Shown: in pieces, positions 12,484 to 26,376 of the stretch
How positions within the stretch are numbered: the stretch's first letter is position 1
How the letters are laid out: every line of letters begins with the position of its first letter
NCBI GenBank assembly: GCA_002189035.1
Contig: CM007989.1
Location: 7,254,001-7,318,000 of the forward strand
DNA: 64,000 nucleotides
Source: Utricularia gibba
Lineage: Eukaryota > Plantae > Magnoliophyta
Reading direction: 5' to 3'
Position numbers and translations under genes: made by a program
The notes under the pieces: generated by a model
Seen by the model: only the letters and a program-made list of their open reading frames with translations
What the model was told of the DNA's origin: nothing
Database searches by the model: none

Positions 12484-15400
12484 TCAGTAGCGACGCCCAC
12501 CTGCGGTCGAAAGCAAGATTCTAGTTGTCTTTTTCCCTTTTTTCACTGCATCATTTGTCCTGGGAGCGTCCACCACTTGATCCTGCTTTGCATTAGAAGA
12601 TATTATGCTGGCAAAGGAGGATGCGGATGCCGTACCTCTGCTGCTGGACCCTGAAACTGATCAACAAAAAATCTAGCTTCCATTCATTTCAAGAGGTTCA
12701 GAAGAAGTGGTTAAAAACCAGTAAAACCGTGAGAAGGATTACTCTTTGCACCAGTTTGGCTTTCTTCATTCTTCAGGGCAGGAGAATCACATGCTGCTGC
12801 AAAACCAAGCCTCGTCACGGCTGAAAATGACTGACACTGCCCAGTCATAGGAGGTGGCCTTGGGGTGCATCTATGGAGCTTCCCAATGCTTATGATCATA
12901 ACAAAATTCGTCAGCTCAAAGCAGTTTTATAGTGAGACAAATCTACCCATAGAATCAAGATTCTATCGACTACTTTAACATTTAATTACAAAGTATGACA
13001 CTCGAATATGCACTGAAAGGTGGTTTTAAGTGACATTTGAGGTTCCAATGACAAGCAGCAGCCTATTGTTTTTTATTAGCATGGGTGGCATAATATTAAT
13101 GCTATGTTCTTGTATAGTCATAATCCTTATTTCTTCATGAAACAATGGAGGAGGGTAGACACACCTTCAAAGTCGTCCATGGAAAAGCTAGGAGTCTCAT
13201 ATGAATAATGTGGTTCTGCAAAAAACTGGCTGGCTGCAGCTTCAGCCTTAATTTTCTCCTTCATTTCCTTAAATGAGAAACATATGGCTGTTAAGAATCA
13301 TGAATCCCTACTGCATTATTAGCCATATCTTGCAACTTGTAAAACTCAAAATTTGAAGTATAATGGTTAACCTTCCTAGCAAGTCGTTTTCTCTGCTTCT
13401 CTCTATCCTTAATTTCACCCATAAATGGAGAAAGTGCTTCGGCAGGTAACAAATCAGCAAGATTGATTTCACAGAGCTGTTAAAGAACATACCAGTCATG
13501 AAATTGAATGATGCAGTTCAAACGATTGACAAGTAAACAGCATCTACCGATTGAGTTCACCTGAAATGTTGTAGTCAGTGGCAAATGGCTCAAAAAGCGG
13601 TAACGCCGCCTCATAACCTCTGATTGAGATACTGTCTCCAAATCCACGATATTTCCTGTGATTCTGAAACAAATAATTCCATAAAATAATTTTGAAGGTG
13701 AAATTATGCTTTCATTAATGATTCCGGAGACAATGGAATATGATCGCACAAAACTAAGTTTCAGCCATTTCTTACTTTGTATTCATGCATTTCTTGGTCA
13801 GTAAAAAAATGAACATGAAAACAAATACCTATCAGGAAGCTGATCAGAGCTTCCAAAATGTTGCAGAAGGCATTTCATATTAAATGGAGTAAGTATAATA
13901 TGCTGACCATCAACCGCCTGGAATACCCAGTTGACATAATTAGAACATCTTCTTATGCATAAAGCAGTCCTAAGAAAATAAATGGACTCAACTTGAACAT
14001 TTTTAATTTGTTTCAGACACTGACCTGATAGAAATTGTATGACATCTTCTCATTTATGTAAGAGGAATTTGGCCAAAAACCTTTATTACCCTCATATGAT
14101 GAAGATGGAGATTTCTCCTGAATCTCAGATAAATGACTTGATCCTTCAGCTGGGGACGAGGAGAGTTGTCCAACCTCCTTTTCTTGGGAAGACTTTCCTG
14201 ACCTATCTGACTTAGTATTCATAGAAGAAGCACTTAAACTAGGATTAGCAGGTGATATCAGGGGCGGTGATAGTGAAATTTCACTTTCATCGGCAGCATT
14301 GAGAGAATGCCGCTTGTCCCAATAGATTTTCCTTTTTTCTAACTGTTCCACTGCAGCACACACATATGGAAGCATTTCAATGTCATCAACAAGCCCTGAT
14401 TGGGCTTTTGCTATCCAACTATCCAGGTCTGCCATAGCTTCTCGCACAGAAAGATCAACATCTGAAGTCAAAATAAACTTTGAAAATGAATTTATCATCT
14501 CATCTTCCACATTAGTGGTCTCACAGTTCCTTACAGAGGAACTAAATGATCCCTTCTGGCGGGTTAATAACACAAAATCTATTTTGTCACCAATGTGGTA
14601 TTGCTTCACTATCTCTAGTTGAACAGTGTAGAGATCTTTTGAAGATATCATGGTGAAACACATGGGGCATTTCTTCCAGCAATCCTCTTTGGTGCCATCT
14701 TTGTCTATGTAAAAGTAACGCAATATGCATGGGAAACAGAAGATGTGGCCACATGATGTTATTTGAGGACACAAAGGATCATCCAAACATATGGGACATA
14801 GGACTGGAACTGGAGTGGAGTGCTTTAAGCAAATTATATCCTCCCACGAGAGCATACTATCCGGATCCAGTGAGTGAACTGAATAGTTTCCGGTGTCCAG
14901 AATGACAAACCTGTAGTTAGCTTGAAAAAACAGGTCCTTGTTGTAGTGCTTTTGGGTTTTTTGTCTCCTTGAAGGCACCCTTGGCTGTGGACGGGAAGCA
15001 GGAATAGGCTCATACTGAAAATTCAACAAGCCATTACCACTCACCGTTCGGGCTTTTCTTCCAACCACATGCCTAGAACCTGGGAGACCAGCAGAAGGTG
15101 CAGCACCCTCTTGACCTCTAGGGGAAACAAAACTTCCACGAGGTTTTTCCTGCTCCGCTGATGATCCATCCACCAAACTGGCAACACCTTCCAGATGCAA
15201 GATGGCATCAGGATGCTGCGAAATTGAATTTACAGATTGATTTTGCTGCCCACTTTTTATCTAGAGAAGACAAATAAAAAAAATGTTCCATTATAATGGA
15301 AAAGATGCGATCACTCAACTAAACCAGAACGGAAAAGGCCCTCCGCTGGTCACCAAACTGATAATTATGTCTGCATCTTTAGTTACAATGTCTAAATTTG

Positions 15401-15839
15401 ATATTCATCATTTAAAACTCAAATGCATATCTACAGCTTTTCAGCCATCGGGAATACAGATTAAGAATCTAGAAGATCATTCTGGCAAAAAAATGGATTA
15501 TGAAGCCACCAACAAGAAAAAAATACCTCTACGGAAGCTTCTCCGGAATTGAGAGCAGCAGAAACCACCTCTCCTGAAATCACAGTCCATTGAAAAGCAA
15601 CAAACTTTAAGAAACCCAGAACAAAATAAAAGAAACCCACAACAGATTACACTAACAAAAACAGAAGACATACCAGAGAGCGGCGGCGACGGGGAACTAG
15701 AGTCTCCGGTACCCCCAAGAGGGTCATTCGAAGGGGGGCGAAAACTTTTTCCATTATCAAGGGAGGACGATTGAGTTGTATGTCCAGTAAGAGAGGAAGA
15801 TGACGCAGAAACTTGACTTCTGTTCGGCGAGATGGACAT
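12484..15839 (-). CDS. RNF10: RING finger protein 10-like C3HC4 E3 ligase
   Basis: FFQANYRFVILDTG, CPICLDDPLCPQITSCGHIFCFPCILRY..WKKCPMC, DGQHIILTPFNMKCLL, RRRYRFLSHLPLTTTFQLCE, C-terminal LLSTAGGRRY*. One -1 frameshift at 12862-12865. Confidence 0.86.
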
Positions 15840-16170
15840 CAAATTTGGCTCCAAGCTTCGGTAGATCGCCGGGCGAGTTAACTTCGACCTCCTCCTCCCC
15901 CAATTTTCTTCATATAATTTTAAGACACGATTTTTATGAATTTATTTATTTACCTATTTTTCTAAATACATTTTCACCAAATCCCAGATTTGCTTAGAGT
16001 ATGACGGACGCGTATTTTGACCGAGGCTGGACCGGAATCTGCGGTTGGCTGCCTAAACCGCTAAGAAACCGGTTCAATTCGTTTCATGAAAAAAGCTAAC
16101 TTTCCCGTTTGTTGCCTTGGTTCTTACACTGAAGGGCATAGCGTTGGCAACCACTTCATGATCTTGTAAT

Positions 16171-16191
16171 AGCAAGAGCAAGAGCAAGAGC
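16171..16191. repeat. (AGCAAG)3.5 hexanucleotide microsatellite
   Basis: agcaagagcaagagcaagagc read directly. Confidence 0.7.
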
Positions 16192-16734
16192 TAAAGAGCA
16201 GCCAGTGCATTAAACAGCAGCAAGCAGATGGATAGAAAAATGCAACATGGAATCAATCTCTCTTGGGCAACAACTCATCCACCATACATACATCCACTCA
16301 TTTCTACTCCCATGAGCAGGTACCATTATCGAGTTTCGAACCTCCAACGGCCTGAATTGAGCTAAGAACATATCTTTATCAAGACCAATGGACTGGTAAC
16401 ATTGAGGAGATAATGAAACTATGGGGCGTAGGCTCATTATGCAGAATCTTTGCTTCGTATTGACAGACACTAATTTCAAGATTTTGGTAAAAAATGCAAG
16501 AACTTTGATGATTCAAGGATTGGAAACAAGTCAAGAGTTAACTGCACATTACTACTTCTATCCAAGGTCAAGTATTGTTGTAACATACTGATTTCACAAA
16601 TCAAGCTTGAGCTCCCCTTAACTACATATAAATCACATACATCATCTCCAAGAATTATGGAAACTTTGAACGCTCAGCGCTAAGGAAACCTGAGTTGGGA
16701 GCAAAAATACCTCCTAAGATTGAGACAAAGGCCA

Positions 16735-17621
16735 CTAGGCCTGAGTGCCAGTAATGGTCTTCAGCTGAATGTGGCTTGAATCCAGCGTGTTGGGCAAGAA
16801 TTCATAAGATCCAAACCTGCTTCGGACACCCACAAACTTGGCAACGACATAGTACACTATGAAGAAGATCAGCAGCGCGAAAAGGACATACAGAACAAAG
16901 AGCAGATCAAGAAGTGCACCAGCCCTGAGCTTGAAGTCATCTAGTTCACACTTGGTTGAACCCTCGACGCCGCTCACTACGCCCAAAAGCCTGTGGCAAC
17001 CTGCAGGAACAAATGCGTCTACATAGAGAGTGAGCCCCGTTTGCAAAGCCCAAAATCCCTGCAAGCAGAAAGAAATCCCAAGGGCGGCATCCGCTATGAA
17101 TAGCCGTGGCTGAAAGGCGAGGACCAAACACATTGATGAAGAGAGAGCGGCGATGCGGCCCGAGATGGAATCCAATGCCGACTGGAGATCTGATATCTGG
17201 GTAACTGAGGAGGAGGAGGAAGAATATTGGAGAAAGAAAAGGGCAGACGCTACCCCGAAGAAAAGATCCGCAGGCACGGGGAGGAAGGAGGTGGCGTCCG
17301 ATAGAAGAAGGGTGATAGCCAGAACAAGAAAGGAAAAAACAACGGCGGCATTCTGAAGAGAGTTGAAGCGATGAACGGTAGCGTGACCCGCGAGGGGATC
17401 GGAGTACGAGGCGATGGTAAGCTGATACACTAAGGCAGCGAAGAGACAGAGAATGGCGATGTACAGCTGCAAACGGCGAAAGCGGGCGCCGATGGGGTGG
17501 AAGGGCTTAGCTGAGTAATCACGGGGGATTTTAATTGATTTTTCGTGGCGCAAATCAGGTGGAAGAGCCCCTGCGAAAAAAGCGCCGATGAGGAGAATAA
17601 CTGGTAAACCAAGGCTGCCAT
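16735..17621 (-). CDS. Intronless multi-pass membrane protein, DUF716/TMEM45-like
   Basis: MAALVYQLFSSSALFSQGLFHLICATKNQLKSP joins RDYSAKPFHP...FLQGFWALQTGLTLYVDAFVPAGCH...STKCELDDFKLRA across a -1 frameshift in the 5-G run at 17523-17527. Confidence 0.78.
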
Positions 17622-18043
17622 GCTTTTCCGATGGAATCGCCGGTGATTCGATTAGACTCCGGCCGCGCCGTGAGCAACGAACCCTTTGCCCTGAATCTCA
17701 GAAATGAATTTCAACGTGAAATGAGATGCCAATTATTAGAATTTTTTTAAGAAAATAATGAAAATAATGTGGCGATAGTTTGACCGGACTACCAGTAAAT
17801 ATTAAAAGGCCCATATAAATAATTCCTATTTAAAAAAGATATATATAATTATGGATGAAATTTATTTAAAAAACTAAAAAGATTAATTAGATATGATTGC
17901 AACCGTAACCTCAAACCCTAAATATTCCTCTTTCCTTGTACACGCCGCCGCGTATAGCCTAAAAGTAGAAAGAATTCCCCAACTGCAGGGCCGGAGCTCG
18001 GAGGCGGTGACTCTCCGGCCTCAAAGTTGCCTCCTTGAGAGCT

Positions 18044-20974
18044 ATGGATATAACATTACGGCTTTTCGCTGCAAAGACTCCGTCTCTGTGTTCTCCGAAA
18101 AGAGGTATCTTCATTCAATCGTGGAAACAACAGAGTGCTCATTTCGCAGCGTCGGCTTCGGGTGCATGTCGAAGGAGGCGGCTTGAGGTAGCTCATCGAG
18201 TCGGATATGTGAACTGTAAGATTGATGTTGTTGAGAGGAATGATGCCAGATCCGAAAATGTTAGCCCAATGCAAGATAATTTTACTTGCGTGATGAAATT
18301 TGGTGGTTCGTCTGTTGCTTCTGCATCGCGAATTAGAGAAGTTGCTGACCTCATTCTTAGCTTTCCTGAGGAAAGGCCCATTATTGTTCTATCTGCTATG
18401 GGGAAGACAACTAACCATCTTCTTCTGGTATTATCCTTACAGCTTTGTTCTTCCATTTCAACTGTTCTGTTTCGTTTTTCTGTCCGTAATCGTAACGAGG
18501 GTCTGATGTGGGATCCCTGCTTTTTAACCAGGCTGGAGAGAAAGCGGTGAGTTGTGGCGTTTCAAACGTATCTGATATTAGGGAATTGGATCTTATCAAG
18601 GATTTGCATTCAAGGTTGCTACTTTCTCGTTTTTATTATTTTCTTAATTGGTTTTATATTTATTTTGGAAAGTACGTTATTCTTAGGACCGAAGCTGAGC
18701 TTGGATTGGAAAGTTCAGTTGTATCAAGTAAGTTGCACTACTTCATAGAAAATTGTTTTTCTTGATGTATATATGTACTAAATATATAAATAATGTATTC
18801 AACATCTTAGGATTTCCTTTCAAAAAAAAATTTCTGAGTTGTGATTCTACAGAGCACCTCTCTGAGCTGGAACAACTTCTGAATGGAATAGCCATGATGA
18901 AGGAGATGACTCCAAGGACGAAGGATTACCTAGTTTCTTTCGGGGAATGCATGTCTACAAGGATTTTTGCCGCATATTTGAATAAGATTGGTGTAAAAGC
19001 TCGTCAGGTAGTTTAAAGCCCAATCATCAATCTTTCAAGTCCTAGAATTTTTTGCAGAGTATTGTAGAAAATAACAAATAGTGTGACTTTGCTGATTTGT
19101 TTTGCTGTTAATGTTGCTGTGACTGCTCCTGTGTTAATATTTCTATCACAATAGAGACAACATTAGATTTTATGACAATTTTTTATATCTTTTGCAGTAT
19201 GATGCTTTTGATTTAGGTTTTATAACCACAGATGATTTTACTAATGCTGATATCCTGGAAGCAACATATCCAGCAGTTGCTAAGAGATTGCACGGAGATT
19301 GGAATAGTGATCCTGCAATTCCTGTCGTGACTGGCTTCCTTGGGAAGGTTGTAACTTTTCTTACATGGAATACTCGTATTCTTTATTGATGAACTCCACT
19401 TAAACTGATGATCCTTACAAATCTTCTCTTATAGGGTTGCAAAAGTTGTGCGGTTACTACGCTCGGGAGAGGTGGCAGTGACTTGACAGCAACGGCGATT
19501 GGTAAAGCTTTAGGATTGAGAGAAATCCAGGTGGGACTAACTTTATAACTATCCATCAGTGGTTGATGCACATCCAAAAATCCGTTTCTGTTTTATCTGA
19601 TATTCTTGGAGTTTCATCTTCTTATATGCATATTTTTCAGGATATTCTATCTAATTTGGATGCATATGATTGTTCGTTGATGATTGCTGCCTTTGCATTG
19701 CAGGTGTGGAAAGATGTGGACGGTGTTTTAACCTGTGACCCGAATATCTGCCCTACTGCAACACCGGTGCCTGTTCTAACCTTTGAAGAGGCAGCTGAAC
19801 TGGCTTATTTTGGCAGCCAGGTATCGACTCGATTTTGATTCAGGTTCCATTTTTTTATGTGGCTTAATAATGAAGGAATTCTAGTTTTAGGCCAGAACAG
19901 TTCAAGACAAGCTAGACGAATCTACTTAGTTGGATTTTCTTCCTTATTTTGATATATCAAAGTTAACTGTATTCCTTGGCTTTGCCAGGTTCTCCATCCT
20001 CAATCCATGAGACCTGCCAGGGAGGGTGATGTTCCAGTTCGAGTGAAAAATTCTTACAATCCTAAAGCTCCGGGAACTCTAATCATCAGAGAAAGGGACA
20101 TTAGTGAGGTAAGCTGTTGTCATAGGCTCTGAAAGACGCCTTGGTCACACATAGTGAGCACGCCTTGTTCTTCTCTCTGCTTCCCAGGCTGTACTTACTA
20201 GCATAGTGCTCAAAAGAAACGTGACAATGCTGGACATAGTGAGTACTAGAATGCTCGGTCAAGTTGGATTCCTAGCCAAGGTGAGGAGCCTAGTTAAATA
20301 TGCGTTGAACTTCCAGCCTCCTAATGAAGCTATTCATTCAATGGACTCTTGTATTGGATCAGGTGTTCTCAATCTTCGAGGATCTCGGCATCTCTGTTGA
20401 TGTTGTTGCCACAAGTGAAGTGAGCATATCCTTGACGCTGGATCCTTCCAAGCTTTGGAGTCGAGAGCTGATTCAACAGGCAAGTGTACTACAACAGAAA
20501 ACCACAGCCCCAGTGTCTTCATCCCTTCCACAGGATCTCTCTCTTCTTGCAGTCACACCCTCCTTAGCTTTTCTCAGTTCAACCCTTTTGATCAGGAACT
20601 GGATCATGTGAAGGAGGAGCTAAAAAAGGTTGCTGATGTGAAACTCAAGCAGCAGATGTCCATCATCTCACTTATTGGAAACGTTGATAGATCTTCGCTC
20701 ATACTAGAAAAGGTGCGAGCTTTTCTCATTTCCATCAACTGCTTTGTGATTGATATTCTCCGGTTTTGTCGACGAGCAGGCGTTTCATGTCTTCCGGATG
20801 ATCGGAGTCAATGTTCAGATGATCTCCCAGGGCGCCTCCAAGGTGAACATTTCCCTGATAGTGGAGGATAAAGAAGCAGAAAACTGTGTTAGAGCATTGC
20901 ATTCAGCCTTCTTTGAGAGCACTCTTCCAGAGCTTGTGGAGTCACTGGGAAACCGCAATGGCTCCTTGAGCTAA
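18044..20974 (+). CDS. Monofunctional aspartokinase (lysine-sensitive type) with plastid transit peptide
   Basis: [63 protein letters not shown], two ACT domains ([16 protein letters not shown]; [17 protein letters not shown]). The splice chain is intact. Confidence 0.95.
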
Positions 20975-21468
20975 GCAAAATGCACACCAGAAGTCCCATT
21001 TGTCGAGCTCAAATGCCGTACAGAGTTTTCATTCACTAATCCTTTCCTGGTTCATCAGTTCAATGAAGATTCTTGGAATGCAGTCAAGTCTCATGAAACT
21101 TCTGTTGTGGGATGTAGTGTTTTGAATAAATTTTTTTGGGGTTGATTTTAATAATTTTTAAAAACATTTTAAAGTATTAAATTAATATAAATATTTTGTT
21201 TTGGAATTGAAACATTGTAATCTGACTAATTAATTCACTAATTACGATTACGTAATGATTAGAGAATTAGTTATGTTTTAAACCAAACAATTTGGGAAAA
21301 TTACAAAAAAGCTTTATGGGTTGTGTGTCGACACGTGTCGGTTCGCGCAAATAATTGGAGATACCATGACCAGGTGTGACGCTCACCTGCCAGTCAACTA
21401 ACCCTACCCCTTTAAACGTTAATTCCCAACGCAGCATTCCCTTGGGTTTGTTACAAGTTCCGTATCTG

Positions 21469-22777
21469 ATGGCGATCGCCGCCGGAATCCGGGCAGCCGT
21501 CGCCGACGGGATCCTCACATTCTTGTGGATTTTCTGTGCGTCTTCTCTAGGCGCCTTGACCTTCATCATCTCCACGGCTCTAGGCGTTGCTCCGGGACTC
21601 CCTACGCTCTTCGTCACCACATTTCTCGTTTTCTCGCTTTTGTTCATATTTGGTTACATCGGCGATCTTTTAGGCGGAGCAACCTTCAATCCTACAGCTA
21701 CCGCAGCCTTCTACGCCGCAGGAATTGGTGGCGCCCATTCCCTCTTTGAGGCCGCACTCCGATTTCCCGCTCAGGTTTCCGATTGTGACATTTGTGGTTG
21801 AATTTCCACTGGTATCCGCGTAAGAGCTGCTTAAGTTCGTTTCAACAGGCTGCTGGCGCGGTGGGTGGCGTGCTTGCGATAAAGGAGGTTATGCCAATCC
21901 AGTATAAGCACTTACTTGGAGGTCCATATCTGAAGGTTGATCCCCACACTGGCGCCGTCGCGGAGGGGCTTCTGACTTTCATCATCACCTTTGCTGTTCT
22001 TCTCATCGTCATCAAGGGCCCCCGTAACCCGGTTATAAAGAACTGGCTGCTCGCCATGTCGACTGTCACGCTGATCGTTTCTGGTTCCAAGTATACTGGG
22101 CCTTCCATGAATCCTGCAAACGTAAGCCATATATCCCTTTTCTTTTTTAGGCTTCCACTTTTTCTTTGCCTTGCTCCTCCTGATATACTTTCTGGTTGCC
22201 TTTATTCTCTTTTCGATTTGGTTAGAAAGGAACCCTGCGTTCTCTGTACCAATGCATATTTTGATGAATCTGAAACGGCACAAGGGTGCATTTTCAACTC
22301 GTTAGTATGCTACTTGAGTTAACTTCTTTGAAAGAAGAATCAACCTTTGTTGGGATTTCCAGTAAGGTTGTCATTTGAAACTGGGAATTTGATTCCTCCT
22401 CGGATTCTTTCTCAAACATTCTTGCTGTTGACACTTGCTTCTTGTTGCCCAACACCGAATCTTCTCCTCTGGAGCTGTTTTTCAGTCTGTAACTTTGAGT
22501 CTTCTCTGGTTCTGTGTGTTCCACCAGAGTAGTATGAATGAAAAGCCACTTGATTTTAGCAGAAAAGTTGCTTCTGAAAGTGCTCTTTCCCTTTAGCCTT
22601 AACATACATTCAAATGTGCGCATGCAGGCGTTCGGCTGGGCATACATCAACAACGCCCACGCTTCATGGGACCATTTCTATGTGTACTGGATTTGCCCCT
22701 TCATCGGAGCAGTGCTTGCTGCCTGGGTCTTCCGATTCCTATTCCCTCCACAACCAAAGAAACAGAAGAAGGCCTAA
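21469..22777 (+). CDS. SIP1: Small basic intrinsic protein aquaporin, SIP1 type
   Basis: Three exons; first loop motif NPT (GATFNPT), second NPA (GPSMNPANAFGWAY), Lys-rich C-terminus PQPKKQKKA*. Confidence 0.92.
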
Positions 22778-22992
22778 GAGTCCGATGCAACTTCGAAACT
22801 GCACAATAAAGCACATTTGGTCTTGGATCTCCAATTGGGTACTTGTTGTACGTCTCATCCGCGATTCATTATGCACAATCTTTCATAGTAGTTCGCATTC
22901 CTCTGTAGAACAATGAAGAATTCCACAAGCGAAATGTCAACCAGAATGGTGCATGCTGTATGATAAAATTTTAACAGGAAGTAGGCAAGTCC

Positions 22993-25905
22993 TCAAGCTC
23001 TCCCATCCTGAACCTTGAGCTCCTCCCTGATTGCAAACGCCCTAAGCAGTTCATTTTACAGAAGCGCATTAGCAATGATGGCATTGTGTTATAAGAAGTT
23101 GAGATCATGTTTACCTTAGTGCGAGATCAATGGATTGGTTGTCCAAGAGGCCAACTACCTTGCCCCTATTGTCGCCAGTCTCCAAGGCAACAGGAAGGTG
23201 GCTTAAACTCTGCCTTTTCATCATATTCATTGCTGTAAGGAGGCTTGCTTCTGGACTCACAGCAGAGCAAACTCCACGAGCTTTTCCATTTTGTGAACAC
23301 ACGTCGGAAACTGTGAGCTCCTGTGGGACATGAAATCAAATGCACGTTGCATGACTGGAATGAAACATGCTGGGGAACAATGTGAAGTGTGGAGGGAGAT
23401 ACCTGAGGTTTTGTCTTCTGTGACATGGAAAAGTTTAAGAATTGCTGAATTTCTTGAAGGGTTACTTGGCCACAAAAACGATGATTATCATCGACTATCA
23501 CAGCACAAGACTGCTTCTCCTCCAACATGAGCACTACAACATCGAATAAAGAACTTGTCATCACTGTTGTGACGTATCTTGTTCTCATAGCCTGTGAAAC
23601 TAGAATTTCACTCGCCAACAAGATGTCTGCATCATCATCCGAACCATCATCTAGACAAAGTGAACCCTCAATTTCACAAATGCTATTTCCATTTAATTCC
23701 TTGACACTGGCAGAAGTCGCACCACTGTAATTGTAAGAACGACTATTTTGTGAATCTTCATCGTTTCTAGATTTTGATGGTCTCAAATTATCTGCCCTAG
23801 TCCCTTTGTTCCTTTCTCTGTAAGATGCGACCCATGAAGAGAGCCCAACAGCTCCGAGAAGCGGTAGAACTATTCTATAATCCTGAGTCAGTTCAAAAAG
23901 AAGCAAAACCGCAGTAAGGGTACCTCGCACACCCCTGCAAGTGTAGCTGCCATACCAACCTGTGATCATACTCACAAATTTATATATTTCCTTCGAAAAA
24001 ATGAGAATTCCCATACAGCTTCTACAGAACTGAATCTTGAGGTTCACTGCTACATAACAATAAATAGCAACTTTAGGAACTCTGCAAGTATTTAGCAAAT
24101 AGAATTACCAGTCCGTATGCCTGAGGTGAAGCCACTTCCAAGAATGATGTTTGCAATATGGGGTCAGATATGTGACTCAGAGAACTGACTATTTTTCCAT
24201 AAGCCATTCCTGTAGCCGCGCCAATGAATAAAGAAGGGGCATAGTAGCCACCAACTAGTCCAGAAGCCCTGCATAAAGAACTTGCTACAATTTTTGCGGC
24301 CACCAGCTGAAGCAACAAACTAGGAGAAAGACTGTTTGCAGTAAGTCGTGATTCAAGCAAAGTATCAACATTCTCGAATCCCCAGTATAGAATCTCAGGA
24401 TATGCTAACGCTATAAGGCCAACAGCAACGCCACCGGCAATAGGGAATGCAGATTTTGGTATGCCAAAACTCCTTTGAACAGTAGCACAGCCAATCAGCA
24501 TAAGAGATGTGAACTTAGAAAAGACCAGGGAAATCAGTCCACAAAGTATGCCGAGCAAAAGATAGAGAGGCAGTTCTGAACTGACAGGCATAAAGATTCC
24601 AAATTAAAACATGAAACAACAACAGAGAAAAACTCATTAACAGGAGACAGGTACATTGTTAAATGCCTGGAACTCAGCTCTTTAAAGTCATATAACGGTG
24701 ACAAAAACAGGAGGAGAATTCAAAGAATTACCACTAGGAGAAAGGAACTCATATATCGGAACCGAAAATGTTGGCTCCGAACCTAAACCAACTTCTGATA
24801 CAACAGATGCAATTACGGCACTCAGGATGACCATTGATGTTGCATTGGTAAGAGATACGGAAGACTCTGATGGTGACGGCCATAAGACTGATTCCACGGC
24901 AAAGAAACAACCAGCAACAGAAGCACCGAATCCTACAAATCACTCAAAAGGTTTATTGATCATGGTTTATATGTAAAATTTGCTGACTTGATGAAAGAAT
25001 AGTAGATGCAATATGAAAAATGGCTGACCAGAAGACAGTCCAGCTGCTGACCCTGCAGCCCTAAGAGCTAGCTTCTTTGGAAGGCCCTTATTAAAAAATG
25101 TGCCTATCCCTTTGGCTACAGAGTTGCCAATTTCAACACTTGGCCCCTCTGGTCCCAATGAGTTCCCTGTTCCTAAAGTGACACAAGCCGCCACGGTTTT
25201 TAGAATTGGTTTCAGCGTCAACATGATTCTTGAATCAGCACCATCTTTTGAATCCTCCATTGCAGCACGAACCGCATTCAACAAACTTACTAGAAAACCT
25301 CCAGAAGCAGGGATCAATATCACACGTGTCCATTTCAATTCAAATGGCTCCGCTCTCAACCAAGACGCGCCTCTATCTGGAATTTCTCCCCAGCAAAAAT
25401 CACGTATTTCATGTACCTACTATGCAAGTTTTGTAAAGCAAAAATGACGTGCTAGACATTTTGTCGAACAGTTGCAATCAGAAGACGAGAAAATTACCCC
25501 ATAATTGAAGAGGACAACAGCAAGGCCAGTTAGGAGACCAACCGCACAAGCGGATAGAATAGCAGAATCTTCGGACTGCAGCAGCTTCCGCGGTTGATCA
25601 TCAGGGGTAACGGTAACTAAAACTTCCTCTTCCTCGACAACACGAAGGATAAAAGAATCGAGTAACATAACATCTCTAGGGTCTGTAGGAGTGCCCAGAA
25701 ACCGATGGTGCTTACTGTCAACACTATCACATAAATACCTGCGGAAAAATCTCCGACGCCGGAAAATTCTAGATGCAGACGAATGAATCGAAGCTCTTAT
25801 TGCATGAACAGACGAAACTCCAATCACACGCCGACAGTTCCTAATACATGAAGAAGCCTCGAACAATGCATTAGCAGTATCGAGTACTGTAGCTGCAAAA
25901 TGCAT
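22993..25905 (-). CDS. CLC-E: Chloride channel CLC-e (thylakoid type) with CBS domains
   Basis: TLGTGNSLGPEGPSVEIG, ELPLYLLLG, GLVGGYYAPSLFIG, VASPQAYGLVGMAATLAGVCEVP(L)TAVLLLFELTQDYRIVLPLLGAVG, CBS region AMRTRY..EKQSCAVIVD. One -1 frameshift at 23918-23920. Confidence 0.9.
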
Positions 25906-26376
25906 TGTAACCGCCTACTTCCTCGCCCATAAACCTGAGAATTTTCAGTTTATATCCTGCAGTGCCACACTTCGGTCGGTGTCGACAGCGACGTGATGGT
26001 GCAAATGACCGGAAAACGGCGAGCTCCTTTGCTACAAGGGAAACTTGTGGAGAAGGAAAGGCGCGTAGTCCATACCTACCTTATCAGTTTTTTTTTTTTT
26101 CTAAACGTATTTCTAATCTAAAAAAAAAACAATTAAAGGAAAAAATATAATTATCTTTTAATATAAATAAAATATTTTATAAATTATCAAGAAAATATAT
26201 TTCATCTCAAACATTTTCTAATACATTTAAATTTCACAAGAAAATACGTCCATTGCACCAACAACGACATATGTCAGAAATGAAGGGTTTTAATTAACCT
26301 GGTACTGCAATACAAATGAATGTGTAAAGAAACTCGCAAGCATTCAAATGATTCAGGGCAAAAAGACTTTATATGG

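Noticed and set aside
21680-21700. NPT instead of NPA in the first aquaporin loop
   Set aside because: Normal for the SIP1 subfamily.
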